Origin: Candidatus Dojkabacteria bacterium
Lineage (GTDB): Bacteria; Patescibacteriota; Dojkabacteria; SC72
Direction of reading: 5' to 3'
DNA: 42,295 nt
NCBI GenBank assembly: GCA_040773125.1
Contig: JAXGWV010000002.1
Location: 1-42,295 of the forward strand
Positions 7,997 through 18,079 of this stretch are shown in pieces. The notes below the pieces were generated by a model. That model searched no databases, was not told where the DNA came from, and saw only the letters and a program-made list of their open reading frames with translations. Position 1 is the stretch's first letter, and every line of letters begins with the position of its first letter. The translations under genes and the position numbers were made by a program.

Positions 7997-10600
7997 ATGA
8001 ATGATACTCCAATGATGAAGCAATTTTTAAGTTTTAAGAAACAGTATCCTGATAAAATTGTTCTTTTTAGGATGGGGGATTTCTTTGAAACATTTGGTGA
8101 AGATGCAAAAACTGCTTCTAAAGTTTTAAATATTACACTTACAAAAAGGGATAAAAAAGAGAATGCTACTCCACTAGCTGGATTTCCCCATAAAGCAATC
8201 GATCAGTACCTTCCCAAGTTTATTGATGCTGGATACTGTGTTGTAGTTGTTGATCAACTTGAAGATCCTAAATTCGCAAAAGGTATTGTTAAGAGAGGGG
8301 TTACTAGAATTGTCACCCCAGGTACTGTAGATGGGGAGGAAGCAAACATCACAAGAAATTCATACTTAGCATCTTTTTATTTTTCAAAAAAGAAAATAAT
8401 TGTTTCACTTGCGGATATAACTACTGGAGAGTTTATTTTGTTAAAGGAAGGTTTTGAGAATAGCTATGTTAATTCTGTTCTTTCAGCTTTCAATCCAGCT
8501 GAAATATTACTTCTAGAAGGACAAAGTAATGAGCTCTTATCTACACTTCCTGTTCAATTCCTTGATAAGAGATTTGAGAATATAAAATATTGTGAAGAGA
8601 TAATTAAAGATTTCTTTGAGATAAACACAACAGATTCAGTTGGAATAGAAAAAGACTCTGAAGAGACGATTCCTGTTGCTATGATTTTGCACTATATCTC
8701 ACAGACTCAGATGATGAATCCAAAACATATCTCAAAGCCAATGAAAGTATCTTTGGACAAAACAATGATCCTTGACAGAGCGACGGTTAGAAACCTTGAG
8801 CTAACTAATAACTATTACTCTGGGACAATGGAAAATTCCCTCTACTCTATTCTTAATAATACCAATACACGAATGGGAGCGAGATTGTTGTATAGCTGGA
8901 TACTTAGTCCATTGATTTCAAAAAAAGAAATAGATGAAAGGCTAGATATTGTTGACAAATTCTTTCAAAACGAGAATGCATTAAGCTCTGTGAGAGAGAA
9001 ATTGGAAGGAATAAATGATATGGAAAGAATTGTGGGTAAAATTGGCCTAAACAGAGTGAATGCTAGAGATCTTAAAGCTTTGCAATTATCCTTAGAATAC
9101 TCATTGGAGGTTCTTGATGAATTGGAAAATGTCCTAAAAATTAAATATCATGGATTAGAAAAGGGTTTCTTTAAAGAATTAGCCAATAAGATTTCCAAAT
9201 TCATAGTAGATAACCCGCCTAATACTATTTCTGAAGGTGGAATAGTTAGAGATGGCTATAGCAAGGAAATTGATGAGTTAAAATCCTTATCTAAAAACAG
9301 TAGAATTTGGTTAGAAGAATTTGAAGAGAAGGAAAGGAAATCTACAGGCATTTCTTCATTGAAGGTAAGTTACAATAATGTCTTTGGCTATTATATTGAA
9401 GTTACTAAAGCTCATTATAATAAAGTTCCTGAAAGATATATTAGAAAACAAACTCTTGTAAATTCAGAGAGATTTATTACTCAGGAGTTAAAAGAAAAAG
9501 AGGAGATAATACTTAATGCTCATGAGAAACTTTCTCAGTTGGAGTTAAAACTGTTTAATGAATTTAGAGAAACTCTCCTTCCAAATCTTGAGAAACTTAA
9601 GGAGCTTTCTAAGAAAATAGCATTTATTGATGTTTTGGCAAACTTCGCATATACAGCAAAACAGTTGGATTATGCTAAGCCTGAAATTTTTGAAATGGGT
9701 GAAAAGGATGGTGTAATTCATATAGAAAAAGGTCGTCATCCAATCATTGAATCTTTTGATAAAAGTAATTTTATCTCAAATAATACAGACCTATCTTTCA
9801 AAGAGGGAAGAATGTGTATACTCACTGGTCCCAATATGGCTGGGAAATCTACATATATTAGACAGGTAGCTACAATTGTATTAATGGCGCAGATAGGATC
9901 TTTTGTGCCAGCTAAGAAAGCAGAAATCTCAATAGTGGACAGAATATTTACGAGGGTTGGAGCATCAGATGATTTGACTAGGGGAAGAAGTACTTTTATG
10001 GTAGAAATGGATGAGGCGGCAAATATAATTAACAATGCCTCAAAATACAGCTTAATTGTTCTTGATGAGGTAGGAAGAGGTACGAGTACTTATGATGGGG
10101 TTAGTATTGCATGGGCATTGGCCGAGTATATAGTTAAAGAGCTTAAAGCTAGAACTCTTTTTGCTACACATTATCATGAACTTTTGAAACTTTCTGAGAA
10201 GTTCCCTTCTGAAGTAAAAAATTACAATGTTTTAGTTGAAGAAGATATTGAGAAGGGAGAAGTAATCTTTCTAAGAAAAATAGTAGAGGGAGGAACAGAT
10301 AGAAGTTATGGTATATATGTGGCGAAAATGGCAGGATTACCAGAAAAGATTATTAAGAGAGCAAACCAAATATTAGAAGGATTTGAGCAAAATATGCTTT
10401 TTCCTCAAAAAAATAGTATTAGAGAGGGAACCTTCTCTTCAAAAGAGAGAGACAGGCTAACTTCTAATATGGCACAACAATATCCTCTTTTTAGTGCAAA
10501 AAATTCTATTGTTGAAAAAGAGATTCAGGAAATTGATACAGATAATCTAACCCCATTAGAGGCTTTGAAGAAAATTGCCGAATGGAAAAAGAAAGTCTAG
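7997..10600 (+). CDS. mutS: DNA mismatch repair protein MutS
   Basis: 867 aa. N-terminal TPMMKQF...GDFFETF mismatch-binding motif, Walker A GPNMAGKST, Walker B LDEVGRGTST. Confidence 0.95.
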   Translation: MNDTPMMKQFLSFKKQYPDKIVLFRMGDFFETFGEDAKTASKVLNITLTKRDKKENATPLAGFPHKAIDQYLPKFIDAGYCVVVVDQLEDPKFAKGIVKRGVTRIVTPGTVDGEEANITRNSYLASFYFSKKKIIVSLADITTGEFILLKEGFENSYVNSVLSAFNPAEILLLEGQSNELLSTLPVQFLDKRFENIKYCEEIIKDFFEINTTDSVGIEKDSEETIPVAMILHYISQTQMMNPKHISKPMKVSLDKTMILDRATVRNLELTNNYYSGTMENSLYSILNNTNTRMGARLLYSWILSPLISKKEIDERLDIVDKFFQNENALSSVREKLEGINDMERIVGKIGLNRVNARDLKALQLSLEYSLEVLDELENVLKIKYHGLEKGFFKELANKISKFIVDNPPNTISEGGIVRDGYSKEIDELKSLSKNSRIWLEEFEEKERKSTGISSLKVSYNNVFGYYIEVTKAHYNKVPERYIRKQTLVNSERFITQELKEKEEIILNAHEKLSQLELKLFNEFRETLLPNLEKLKELSKKIAFIDVLANFAYTAKQLDYAKPEIFEMGEKDGVIHIEKGRHPIIESFDKSNFISNNTDLSFKEGRMCILTGPNMAGKSTYIRQVATIVLMAQIGSFVPAKKAEISIVDRIFTRVGASDDLTRGRSTFMVEMDEAANIINNASKYSLIVLDEVGRGTSTYDGVSIAWALAEYIVKELKARTLFATHYHELLKLSEKFPSEVKNYNVLVEEDIEKGEVIFLRKIVEGGTDRSYGIYVAKMAGLPEKIIKRANQILEGFEQNMLFPQKNSIREGTFSSKERDRLTSNMAQQYPLFSAKNSIVEKEIQEIDTDNLTPLEALKKIAEWKKKV

Positions 10601-11214
10601 ATTGAAATAACGTAATTATATCCTCTCCTTTTTTTAATCAACCGTAGTCCCATTGCTTCAATGCATTTTTTGTTTATTCTGCATACAGTTACTTGAAGTG
10701 CGGGTGAAGATTTTCTTGAATCAATACTGTTAGACATTATTGCCTTCATAGTTTCGAATTCTGAATCTGTTAAAAGTACTTTACAATGGTTATATGTAAC
10801 AGATTTTGATACATTTGACAAAGAAATTCCCCTGTATACCAACTCTTGACATTCTTTAGTGATTAATAAACCTAAATATTTTCTAATTAGGCATAATAGG
10901 AATGAATAATTAATTGGTGTGAAAAGGATATTATCGGCATTATTTTGTATCATTTTCTCAATATTTCTTTGAGAAGAGTCTCTAGATAGATAAATAATTT
11001 TTGTGTGGCAATACTTTGGAAGTACATCTAAATCCTCATAGAATCTTTGATCAATAATTATTAATTCCGCTCTTAATTCGTCCAAGAGCTCCTTCTTGTT
11101 TAGAAATAACCTAACAGATACATTAAAAGAGTAAAGATCACTTCGTAGCCGTTCAATAAGTGATTGATCCTTCGAAAAAATAAAAACATTTTTTTCATTA
11201 TATGCTTTCATCAA
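10597..11214 (-). CDS. OmpR/PhoB-like winged-helix protein with an atypical receiver-like N-terminal domain
   Basis: C-terminus resembles the OmpR effector domain (LTDSEFETMKAIM ... RINKKCIEAMG ... RRGYNYVI). The N-terminal half has a candidate acceptor Asp (LIIIDQ), but the acidic pair and the conserved Lys (FTP instead of KP) look degenerate. By-eye call. Confidence 0.45.
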   Translation of the reverse strand: MMKAYNEKNVFIFSKDQSLIERLRSDLYSFNVSVRLFLNKKELLDELRAELIIIDQRFYEDLDVLPKYCHTKIIYLSRDSSQRNIEKMIQNNADNILFTPINYSFLLCLIRKYLGLLITKECQELVYRGISLSNVSKSVTYNHCKVLLTDSEFETMKAIMSNSIDSRKSSPALQVTVCRINKKCIEAMGLRLIKKRRGYNYVISI

Positions 11215-11231
11215 TTCAGATACTGAATAAA

Positions 11232-12524
11232 TTACTTGTTTTGTATTTTAGCTATTACTTCTTTAATATTTAGAGAAAATTGTTCTTTTGTTCTCATATT
11301 TTTAAGCATAAGTGTATTAGAATATATTTCATCCTCTCCTATTATTGCAACCCAAGTAAAATTCTTCTTGTCTGCGTATTTTAATGAGTCTTTAAGTTTT
11401 ACGAAATCTGGATAGATAGAGGTTTGAATATTTTGATCTCTTAGTGATTTAGCAGTAGAAAGTACAAAAGGAATAGATTTTTCTTCCAGAGGAATAATTA
11501 ATATAGAGGGATTTTCTTTCTCTTTGAACATATTCATCTGCTTCATTACCTCCGTTAATCTCTCAAGACCAAAAGAAGTTCCTGTAGCAGGTATTTCTTT
11601 ACCAATATATTTACTGATAGCTTTGTCATATCTTCCACCTCCACTTACTGAGCCAATATTTCCTTCTGTTATCTCAAACTCCCAGATAGCCCCAGTGTAA
11701 GAGGCTAAGCCTCTAGCCAATGAGAGGTCAAACACAACCTTGTTCTCCTCTACTTCTTTAATAAATGAAAGAATCGATTTGACACTATTTATTCCTCTTT
11801 TTCCCTCTGTTGAGGAATTTATGGTATCGCTTATTTTATCAATGTCTTTAATCTTAATAATTTTAAGGAGCTCTGTGACTTTCTCCTCTTCAATCTTTGA
11901 ATCATCTATAAGAATCTCTTTTACCTTCTCTTCTCCAATCTTCTCAATTTTGTCAATTGCAATATATATATCCTCAAATTTGTCTTTTTCAATTCCAAGA
12001 ATTTCGACAATCCCTTGTATAATCTCTCTACTGTTTAGTCTTACTCTGAAATTTTCAAATCCTAATTTTTTTAGAAAGGATATACCAAAGAGAATCACCT
12101 CTGCATCAGCAAAGGGGGAACTACTACCTAAAATATCAACATCCATTTGGGTAAATTCTCTCAATCTTCCTCTTTGGACATTTTCAGCTCTCCAAGCATT
12201 TTGGATTTGGTATCGTTTGTATGGCAAGGAGATGTTGTTGATATTCTGTGCAACAGCTCTGCACATTGGAATCATTAATTCGTATTTGAGCATCACATCT
12301 CTTCCTCCATTGTCCTGAAATTTATAATAGAGTTTTTCAGCCTCAGCACCACTTTGACCAAGTATTAATTCCGAATATTCTAAGGCAGGAGTTTCTAAGG
12401 GTTCAAACCCATATTTTTCTGCAACTTCTCTAAAAGAGTCTTTGATGAAATTACGAATTCTCATATCATCCGAGAAGTAATCATAAAAGCCTTTTAATGT
12501 TTGTGGTTTCATTCCGTTTTTCAT
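11232..12524 (-). CDS. hisS: histidine--tRNA ligase
   Basis: 430 aa class II aaRS. Motifs RYQIQNAWRAENVQRGRLREFTQMDVD and GGGRYD, plus a C-terminal anticodon-binding domain. Confidence 0.93.
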   Translation of the reverse strand: MKNGMKPQTLKGFYDYFSDDMRIRNFIKDSFREVAEKYGFEPLETPALEYSELILGQSGAEAEKLYYKFQDNGGRDVMLKYELMIPMCRAVAQNINNISLPYKRYQIQNAWRAENVQRGRLREFTQMDVDILGSSSPFADAEVILFGISFLKKLGFENFRVRLNSREIIQGIVEILGIEKDKFEDIYIAIDKIEKIGEEKVKEILIDDSKIEEEKVTELLKIIKIKDIDKISDTINSSTEGKRGINSVKSILSFIKEVEENKVVFDLSLARGLASYTGAIWEFEITEGNIGSVSGGGRYDKAISKYIGKEIPATGTSFGLERLTEVMKQMNMFKEKENPSILIIPLEEKSIPFVLSTAKSLRDQNIQTSIYPDFVKLKDSLKYADKKNFTWVAIIGEDEIYSNTLMLKNMRTKEQFSLNIKEVIAKIQNK

Positions 12525-12615
12525 AGATGATTATATCATATGTTTAACAACTAGTACTCTTACAAATATATAATTACTTGATATTTTTGTCCAAATGAGG
12601 GCATAATATACGGAT

Positions 12616-15606
12616 ATGAAATATAGCATTGGTTACTCTCAAACTAGAGGAAAGCACACTCCTGCAAAGAGGAAATTAAACAAAAATTCAGTTAGAACTA
12701 TTCCTAGTGTTGGTTTTAATAAATATTTGAATATTAAAAAATATTCATCTAATGTTGTAAATAGCAAAAAGAAGCCAGAGACCAAACAGAAGGGAACATC
12801 TATACATTTTAAGAAAAAGATTAAGAAAGTACTTTATATTGTCCTTGGTGTTGTCTTTTTTATTGGTTGTGTAGGCTTAATTGTCTTGGGTATCTACTTA
12901 AAGAGGATTGGAGATGCTCTCCCTGCTCCAGATCAATTAATAGAGAGGTCATCTGATCAAAGTACTCAGATTCTAGATAGAAATGGTGAGCTTCTTTACA
13001 CAATTTTTGGGGAAGAAAACAGAGAATTTGTTCCTCTTGATAAAATCCCAGAGCATACAAGAAAAGCCCTACTTGCCGCAGAAGACGCAGAATTCTATCA
13101 ACATAAGGGATTAGATTATCTTGGAATATTACAGGCACTTATACAAAATATTCGAGGAGGTAAAATAGTTAGAGGAGGTAGTACACTTACACAACAGCTT
13201 GTTAAAACAACATTGCTCAAAGACCTCTTAGGAGATGAGGTTTATGAAAGAACCCTTTCAAGAAAAATTAAGGAAGCTTTAATTACAATGCAGGTTGAAC
13301 AGACATTCACAAAGGATGAAATTTTACAGATGTACATGAATGAAATTCCTTTAGGAGGGGTAAATTATGGCTTCCAAGCGGCTGCAAATTCCTATTTTGG
13401 AAAAGATGTTAGCGAACTAACTTTGGCAGAAAGTGCACTGTTAGCAGGACTTATTCAAGGTCCAAGTATCTACTCTCCCCTATTTGGGAGTAATCCTGAG
13501 TTAGCAAAGGTGAGGCAGAATTATGTTCTTGATCAATTGGAAGACAAGAAAAAAATCTTTGGGATTCCGAAAGAAGAAATAGATGCTGCAAGAGAAGAGG
13601 AATTGGTATATAAATCAAACAGAATTGAAATAAAGGCTCCTCACTTTGTTTTTTATGTAAAAAGTATTTTAGAAGAAGAATTTGGAGCGGATATGGTTCA
13701 AAGGGGAGGCTTGAAAGTTACCACTACCCTAGATTCTACTTTACAGGGAATTGCAGAGGAGGAGATTACAAAAGGTGTTGAGGAAAACAAAAGACATAAT
13801 GTCCATAATGGTGCAATGGTTGTTATGGACCCTAAAAATGCTCAAATACTTGCAATGGTAGGATCGGTTGACTACTGGAACATTGAAGATCCAAGGGTCG
13901 ATGGAAATGTAAATATTACTACCAGTATGAGACAGACGGGTTCTGCTGTTAAACCCTTTGTTTATTTAAATATGATTAATAAAGGGTATGGTCCGTGGTT
14001 ATTAACCCCTGATATTGATACAATTTCTTTTGGTCAATATAAGCCTAGGAACTGGGATGGAAGATATGATGGCCTTATTCTTGCACGAAAAGCGCTAGTA
14101 CTTTCAAGGAATATTCCAACAGTATATACCTTACAAGTTGGTGGTATAGATGGGTATCTTCAATTAATGCAGAGATTGGGTATTGAAGGTATTGAAAACA
14201 AGGCAAGTTATGGTTTGAGCCTAGGATTAGGTTCTGCAGAAATGAAGTTGGTCGATCTTACAAATGCCTATGCCACATTAGCAAATAGTGGAATTCGTCA
14301 TGATACAACTGCAATTCTTAAAGTAGAAGATCCAAAAGGAAAGGTTCTTAAAGAATATAAGGAATCTGAAGGACAAAGAGTAATTGATGAGAAAGAAGTC
14401 TATGTCGTAAATTGGATGATTTGTGATTTGAATGGATTTAATGATAGATATGCTAATAACTCCTTCTATATAAATGGGAAAAAGCTTTGTGGAAAGACAG
14501 GAACATCTGATGGTCCTAAAGACTTGTTAGCATTCCAATACAACCAAAGTTTAGTCGTTGCAGCTTGGAATGGAAATAACAATAACGAAATAATGCCAGG
14601 AGGATGGTCCTCTACCATTTCTCTGGATATCACAAATTCTTTCTTTAGAAGGGTTATAGATAAATATAATGAATTTAATTACAGTCGACCAGCAGGCATT
14701 ATGACAACTTCTGTATGTACTGATACTGGAGCTGTTCCTGCTGAAGGTGTTGATTGTAATAAACAGGCTACCATATACATTGCAGGAAGAGCTCCTCAGG
14801 TTGATAATAGAAAAGCCATAGAAGTGTGTACTGAAAATAACTCTATCCCTACAAATCTTGAAGCGGCAAAGCTTTATGGTTTAACATCATCTAAGATGTT
14901 GTTGACGACAAAGTTAGAGAATCCTCTTCAAGTTGAAGCATATAAAAAATATATGTTGGGTATTGGTTCATATATTTTTGAAGAGCCTCAGACTGCATAC
15001 TGTCCTTTACCATTGGGACCAGACAATGCTCCTGTAATAGATATCAGTAGACCAACTAATGGTCAACAGGTTGAGTCTGGGAAGAATTTGGAAATCTCAG
15101 GATTTGTCAGGTTTGCTGGAACTCTTTCCTCATTTACTGTAAAAGTAAATGGAGTAGATATCCCTGGAGTAGGTGTTCAAACTGTAAATGCAGACAGCTC
15201 CTTCTTGGTAAATTATGTTGTTCCAAATAGCTATCCTTCATTAAATATCTCTGTTTCAGTTAAAGATTCTGCTGGGAAGACTGATAACAAATCTGTGTCT
15301 GTAATTGTCTCAAATGTGACAGCAACAATTAATCTAATTGCTCCCTCGGAAGGGGATATAGTCAAGAGAGGTGAAACACAATTAAAAGCAGTAGTCTCGG
15401 GGAGCATATCACCCTCTGGAGTAACTTTTCAGATACTAAATGGGAGTGTTCTGAAATCTGTTGTCGGAGTAAAAGAAGGAGCTAATACTTGGGTGGCTAC
15501 AATCCCGTCAGATACTGCTTTGGGAGATAGTAAGATAAGTGCAAAAGCAATTTCTTCAAATGGAGAGGAAATTATCAGTGGGACTGTTAAAGTCAAGGTT
15601 ATATAA
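12616..15606 (+). CDS. class A penicillin-binding protein (glycosyltransferase/transpeptidase) with a C-terminal Ig-like extension
   Basis: TM anchor. GT51 motifs EDAEFYQHKG and RGGSTLTQQL. Transpeptidase motifs SAVK (SxxK), SRN (SxN) and KTGTS (KTG). About 250 extra beta-rich C-terminal residues. Confidence 0.9.
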   Translation: MKYSIGYSQTRGKHTPAKRKLNKNSVRTIPSVGFNKYLNIKKYSSNVVNSKKKPETKQKGTSIHFKKKIKKVLYIVLGVVFFIGCVGLIVLGIYLKRIGDALPAPDQLIERSSDQSTQILDRNGELLYTIFGEENREFVPLDKIPEHTRKALLAAEDAEFYQHKGLDYLGILQALIQNIRGGKIVRGGSTLTQQLVKTTLLKDLLGDEVYERTLSRKIKEALITMQVEQTFTKDEILQMYMNEIPLGGVNYGFQAAANSYFGKDVSELTLAESALLAGLIQGPSIYSPLFGSNPELAKVRQNYVLDQLEDKKKIFGIPKEEIDAAREEELVYKSNRIEIKAPHFVFYVKSILEEEFGADMVQRGGLKVTTTLDSTLQGIAEEEITKGVEENKRHNVHNGAMVVMDPKNAQILAMVGSVDYWNIEDPRVDGNVNITTSMRQTGSAVKPFVYLNMINKGYGPWLLTPDIDTISFGQYKPRNWDGRYDGLILARKALVLSRNIPTVYTLQVGGIDGYLQLMQRLGIEGIENKASYGLSLGLGSAEMKLVDLTNAYATLANSGIRHDTTAILKVEDPKGKVLKEYKESEGQRVIDEKEVYVVNWMICDLNGFNDRYANNSFYINGKKLCGKTGTSDGPKDLLAFQYNQSLVVAAWNGNNNNEIMPGGWSSTISLDITNSFFRRVIDKYNEFNYSRPAGIMTTSVCTDTGAVPAEGVDCNKQATIYIAGRAPQVDNRKAIEVCTENNSIPTNLEAAKLYGLTSSKMLLTTKLENPLQVEAYKKYMLGIGSYIFEEPQTAYCPLPLGPDNAPVIDISRPTNGQQVESGKNLEISGFVRFAGTLSSFTVKVNGVDIPGVGVQTVNADSSFLVNYVVPNSYPSLNISVSVKDSAGKTDNKSVSVIVSNVTATINLIAPSEGDIVKRGETQLKAVVSGSISPSGVTFQILNGSVLKSVVGVKEGANTWVATIPSDTALGDSKISAKAISSNGEEIISGTVKVKVI

Positions 15607-15610
15607 CCTT
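15595..15610. repeat. perfect 16-bp palindrome spanning the overlapping stops of the PBP gene and pheT
   Basis: AAGGTTATATAACCTT equals its own reverse complement. It encodes K-V-I-stop on both strands. Confidence 0.85.
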
Positions 15611-18079
15611 AATTCCAAATTCTTTGATTAATCTCTTTGAAATTAAACTAATTCTTTCTTTGATTTCTTTGTCTGTTAAAGTCTTGTTGTTATCTCCTCC
15701 CTCAATCCTAAATGTAATTCTTTTTTTCTCTGGATTATTTTTATCTTGATAAATATCAATACATTGTGTGTTCCCCCAAGAGTCTTTTACATTTAGCATC
15801 TTTTGAAGGAGAGCTTCAATCTCAGAGAATTTGACTTCCAAATTACTTTCTAAACATAAATCAAGAGAAAAAATTGGGTAAATAGAAACAGGTTTCATTT
15901 TCTTTTCAGGGAGAGATAATCCTACAATTTTACTTAAATTAATATCGAATGCAGAAGTGTTCTCAGGTAATTTATATTCAGATAAAATATTCATTTTAAG
16001 TTCTCCAACTATGCCGACAATATCTTGATCTATTAGACAAAATGCTGATACGTTTGGGTCAAACATTGGAAGAATAGCTTTTGAATATTCGTCAAGGTTC
16101 TGTTCCAAAGAATCCGCTATTAGAGAGTATTTAACCATAGAGGCTCTTTCTGAAAAAATTGCATTTGCATATTTTTTTGCCTCAAAGAAGGGAGAATGTT
16201 TTCTGTTCTCAGAGTTCGTAATTACTGAAGAAACATGCCAATCCTCCTTAGGGAGCCCTTCTTTATCATTGTATCCCTTTATATGGGGTAAATTAATTTC
16301 AAACAAGCCGAAATTTCTAAATCCGCGTCCTCTATTCTCTTTAACTTTGGGAAGAATTGTTTGAAGTAATGATATTCTCATCAATGATAATTCTGGAGAG
16401 AGTGGATTCTTTAATTTGAAAGCTAGGTTAGGATCTAAATTAGCTTTTGTAAAACTCTCAGGGCTTGTGAAGCTATATGTAAGTATCTCATTTAAGCCAA
16501 GGGTAGATAAAAGTTTTCGTGTCTCCTTTTTTAATTCAAAAATTTCATTGTTACTAACTGGTCTAATTTCTTTCTTGGGTAGTACAATATCGATATTGTC
16601 AAAACCATATATTCTAGCAATATCTTCATAAATATCTTCTTCTAATTGTATATCTTTTCTCCAAGAAGGGACTTTTACTGTCAAGAAGTTTTTATCTGAG
16701 GAAGTTATTGTATATTCAAGATTTGTTAATATGGTTGAGATTACTTCTTTTGACAAAAAAGTACCTAAATGATTATTAAGTTTATTCACATCTACTGTAA
16801 TTTTTTGTGCTAAGGGTTTGTTCTCGTATAAATCAATTATACTTGATGCAACATTTCCATCAGCCAACTCTTTAACCAGCTCAACAGCTTTAATTAGTGC
16901 CGGTAAACACATTTCGGGATCAAGAGAATGCTTAAATTTTGTTGAAGAATCAGTATTAATTCCCAAACTCATTGAGCTTTTTCTAATACTGTTTTTATCA
17001 AAATTTGCTGATTCTATAACAATGCGTTTGGTGTTTACATCTATAGAAGTATCTTTTCCTCCAATTATTCCTGCAATGGCAATCGGATGATTATTATCAG
17101 CTATCACAATTGTTCGATCATTTAGTTCATGTATTTTATTGTCCAATCCTAATATGGTCTCCCCTTCCCTCCCCATCCTAATATTTATTGTCACTTTGTT
17201 GTCTGGTGCCTTGTCATTAGAAATTATTTTATCGTAATCAAAAGCATGTAGTGGTTGTCCAAGGATTGCAGAAACATAATTCGTGATATCGATTATATTG
17301 TTTATTGGTTTAGTATCCAATTTTATCAATTCTGATTGTAACCAAATGGGGGAAGGTTTAACTGATATGTTATCGAGAGCAATACCAATATATCTTGGGC
17401 AGAGTGCTTCTGCGTCATTTATTATTTCAAGGTTTAAACAGTTAGATTCTGCATGTAATTTTTTTTGAGGTTTTAGTATCCATGAAGGGGAAACAAATTT
17501 GTTTCCTGTTATTGCAGTTAACTCTCGTGCAATTCCAAGAATGCCAAACAAATCTCCTCTATTTGTAAGGCCTTTGTTTTCAATTTCAATTATGGTGTCA
17601 TTGAAATTATAAAAATCAGAAAATGGTTCTCCAGCAGTAGCTTCTTGTGGAAGTCTGTATACACTTTCGTGGTTAAGTCCGAGATTTAATTCTTTCTCTG
17701 AACCAAGCATTCCGTTTGATTTTACACCTCTTAATTCTACGGATTTTATAACTACTGGCTTCTCCTTTGTATAATAGGTATATGGTACATATGAACCTGG
17801 AGGAATGTATGCAACTTTGTCTCCAATGCAAAGTGTCTTGTCCCCAGCTACTACCTGTACTCTTTTGTCTCCAATGAACACTTTGTAAACACCTAATTTA
17901 TCGGCATTTGGGTGTTCTTTTTTTTCAACTATCTCTCCAATTAATATCCCTTGGTAATCTTTTCGTAAATCATGAACATATTCTACATTAGCGATATGCT
18001 CTTTAATGAGTTTCTCGAAATCAGAATCATCAGCAGAAATATTTCCAAATTGTTTTAGTAGTTCTATAGTTACTATCAT
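15599..18079 (-). CDS. pheT: phenylalanine--tRNA ligase beta subunit
   Basis: 826 aa. N-terminal tRNA-binding domain (NADKLGVYKV...), B3/B4 and B5 regions. Its start shares 1 nt with the pheS stop. Confidence 0.93.
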   Translation of the reverse strand: MIVTIELLKQFGNISADDSDFEKLIKEHIANVEYVHDLRKDYQGILIGEIVEKKEHPNADKLGVYKVFIGDKRVQVVAGDKTLCIGDKVAYIPPGSYVPYTYYTKEKPVVIKSVELRGVKSNGMLGSEKELNLGLNHESVYRLPQEATAGEPFSDFYNFNDTIIEIENKGLTNRGDLFGILGIARELTAITGNKFVSPSWILKPQKKLHAESNCLNLEIINDAEALCPRYIGIALDNISVKPSPIWLQSELIKLDTKPINNIIDITNYVSAILGQPLHAFDYDKIISNDKAPDNKVTINIRMGREGETILGLDNKIHELNDRTIVIADNNHPIAIAGIIGGKDTSIDVNTKRIVIESANFDKNSIRKSSMSLGINTDSSTKFKHSLDPEMCLPALIKAVELVKELADGNVASSIIDLYENKPLAQKITVDVNKLNNHLGTFLSKEVISTILTNLEYTITSSDKNFLTVKVPSWRKDIQLEEDIYEDIARIYGFDNIDIVLPKKEIRPVSNNEIFELKKETRKLLSTLGLNEILTYSFTSPESFTKANLDPNLAFKLKNPLSPELSLMRISLLQTILPKVKENRGRGFRNFGLFEINLPHIKGYNDKEGLPKEDWHVSSVITNSENRKHSPFFEAKKYANAIFSERASMVKYSLIADSLEQNLDEYSKAILPMFDPNVSAFCLIDQDIVGIVGELKMNILSEYKLPENTSAFDINLSKIVGLSLPEKKMKPVSIYPIFSLDLCLESNLEVKFSEIEALLQKMLNVKDSWGNTQCIDIYQDKNNPEKKRITFRIEGGDNNKTLTDKEIKERISLISKRLIKEFGIKVI

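Noticed and set aside
12578-12607. TTGATA-18-CATAAT promoter-like sequence ending 8 nt before the PBP ATG, which would imply a leaderless mRNA.
   Set aside because: Such matches are easy to find by chance in AT-rich spacers, and there is no supporting evidence, so I did not list it as a feature.
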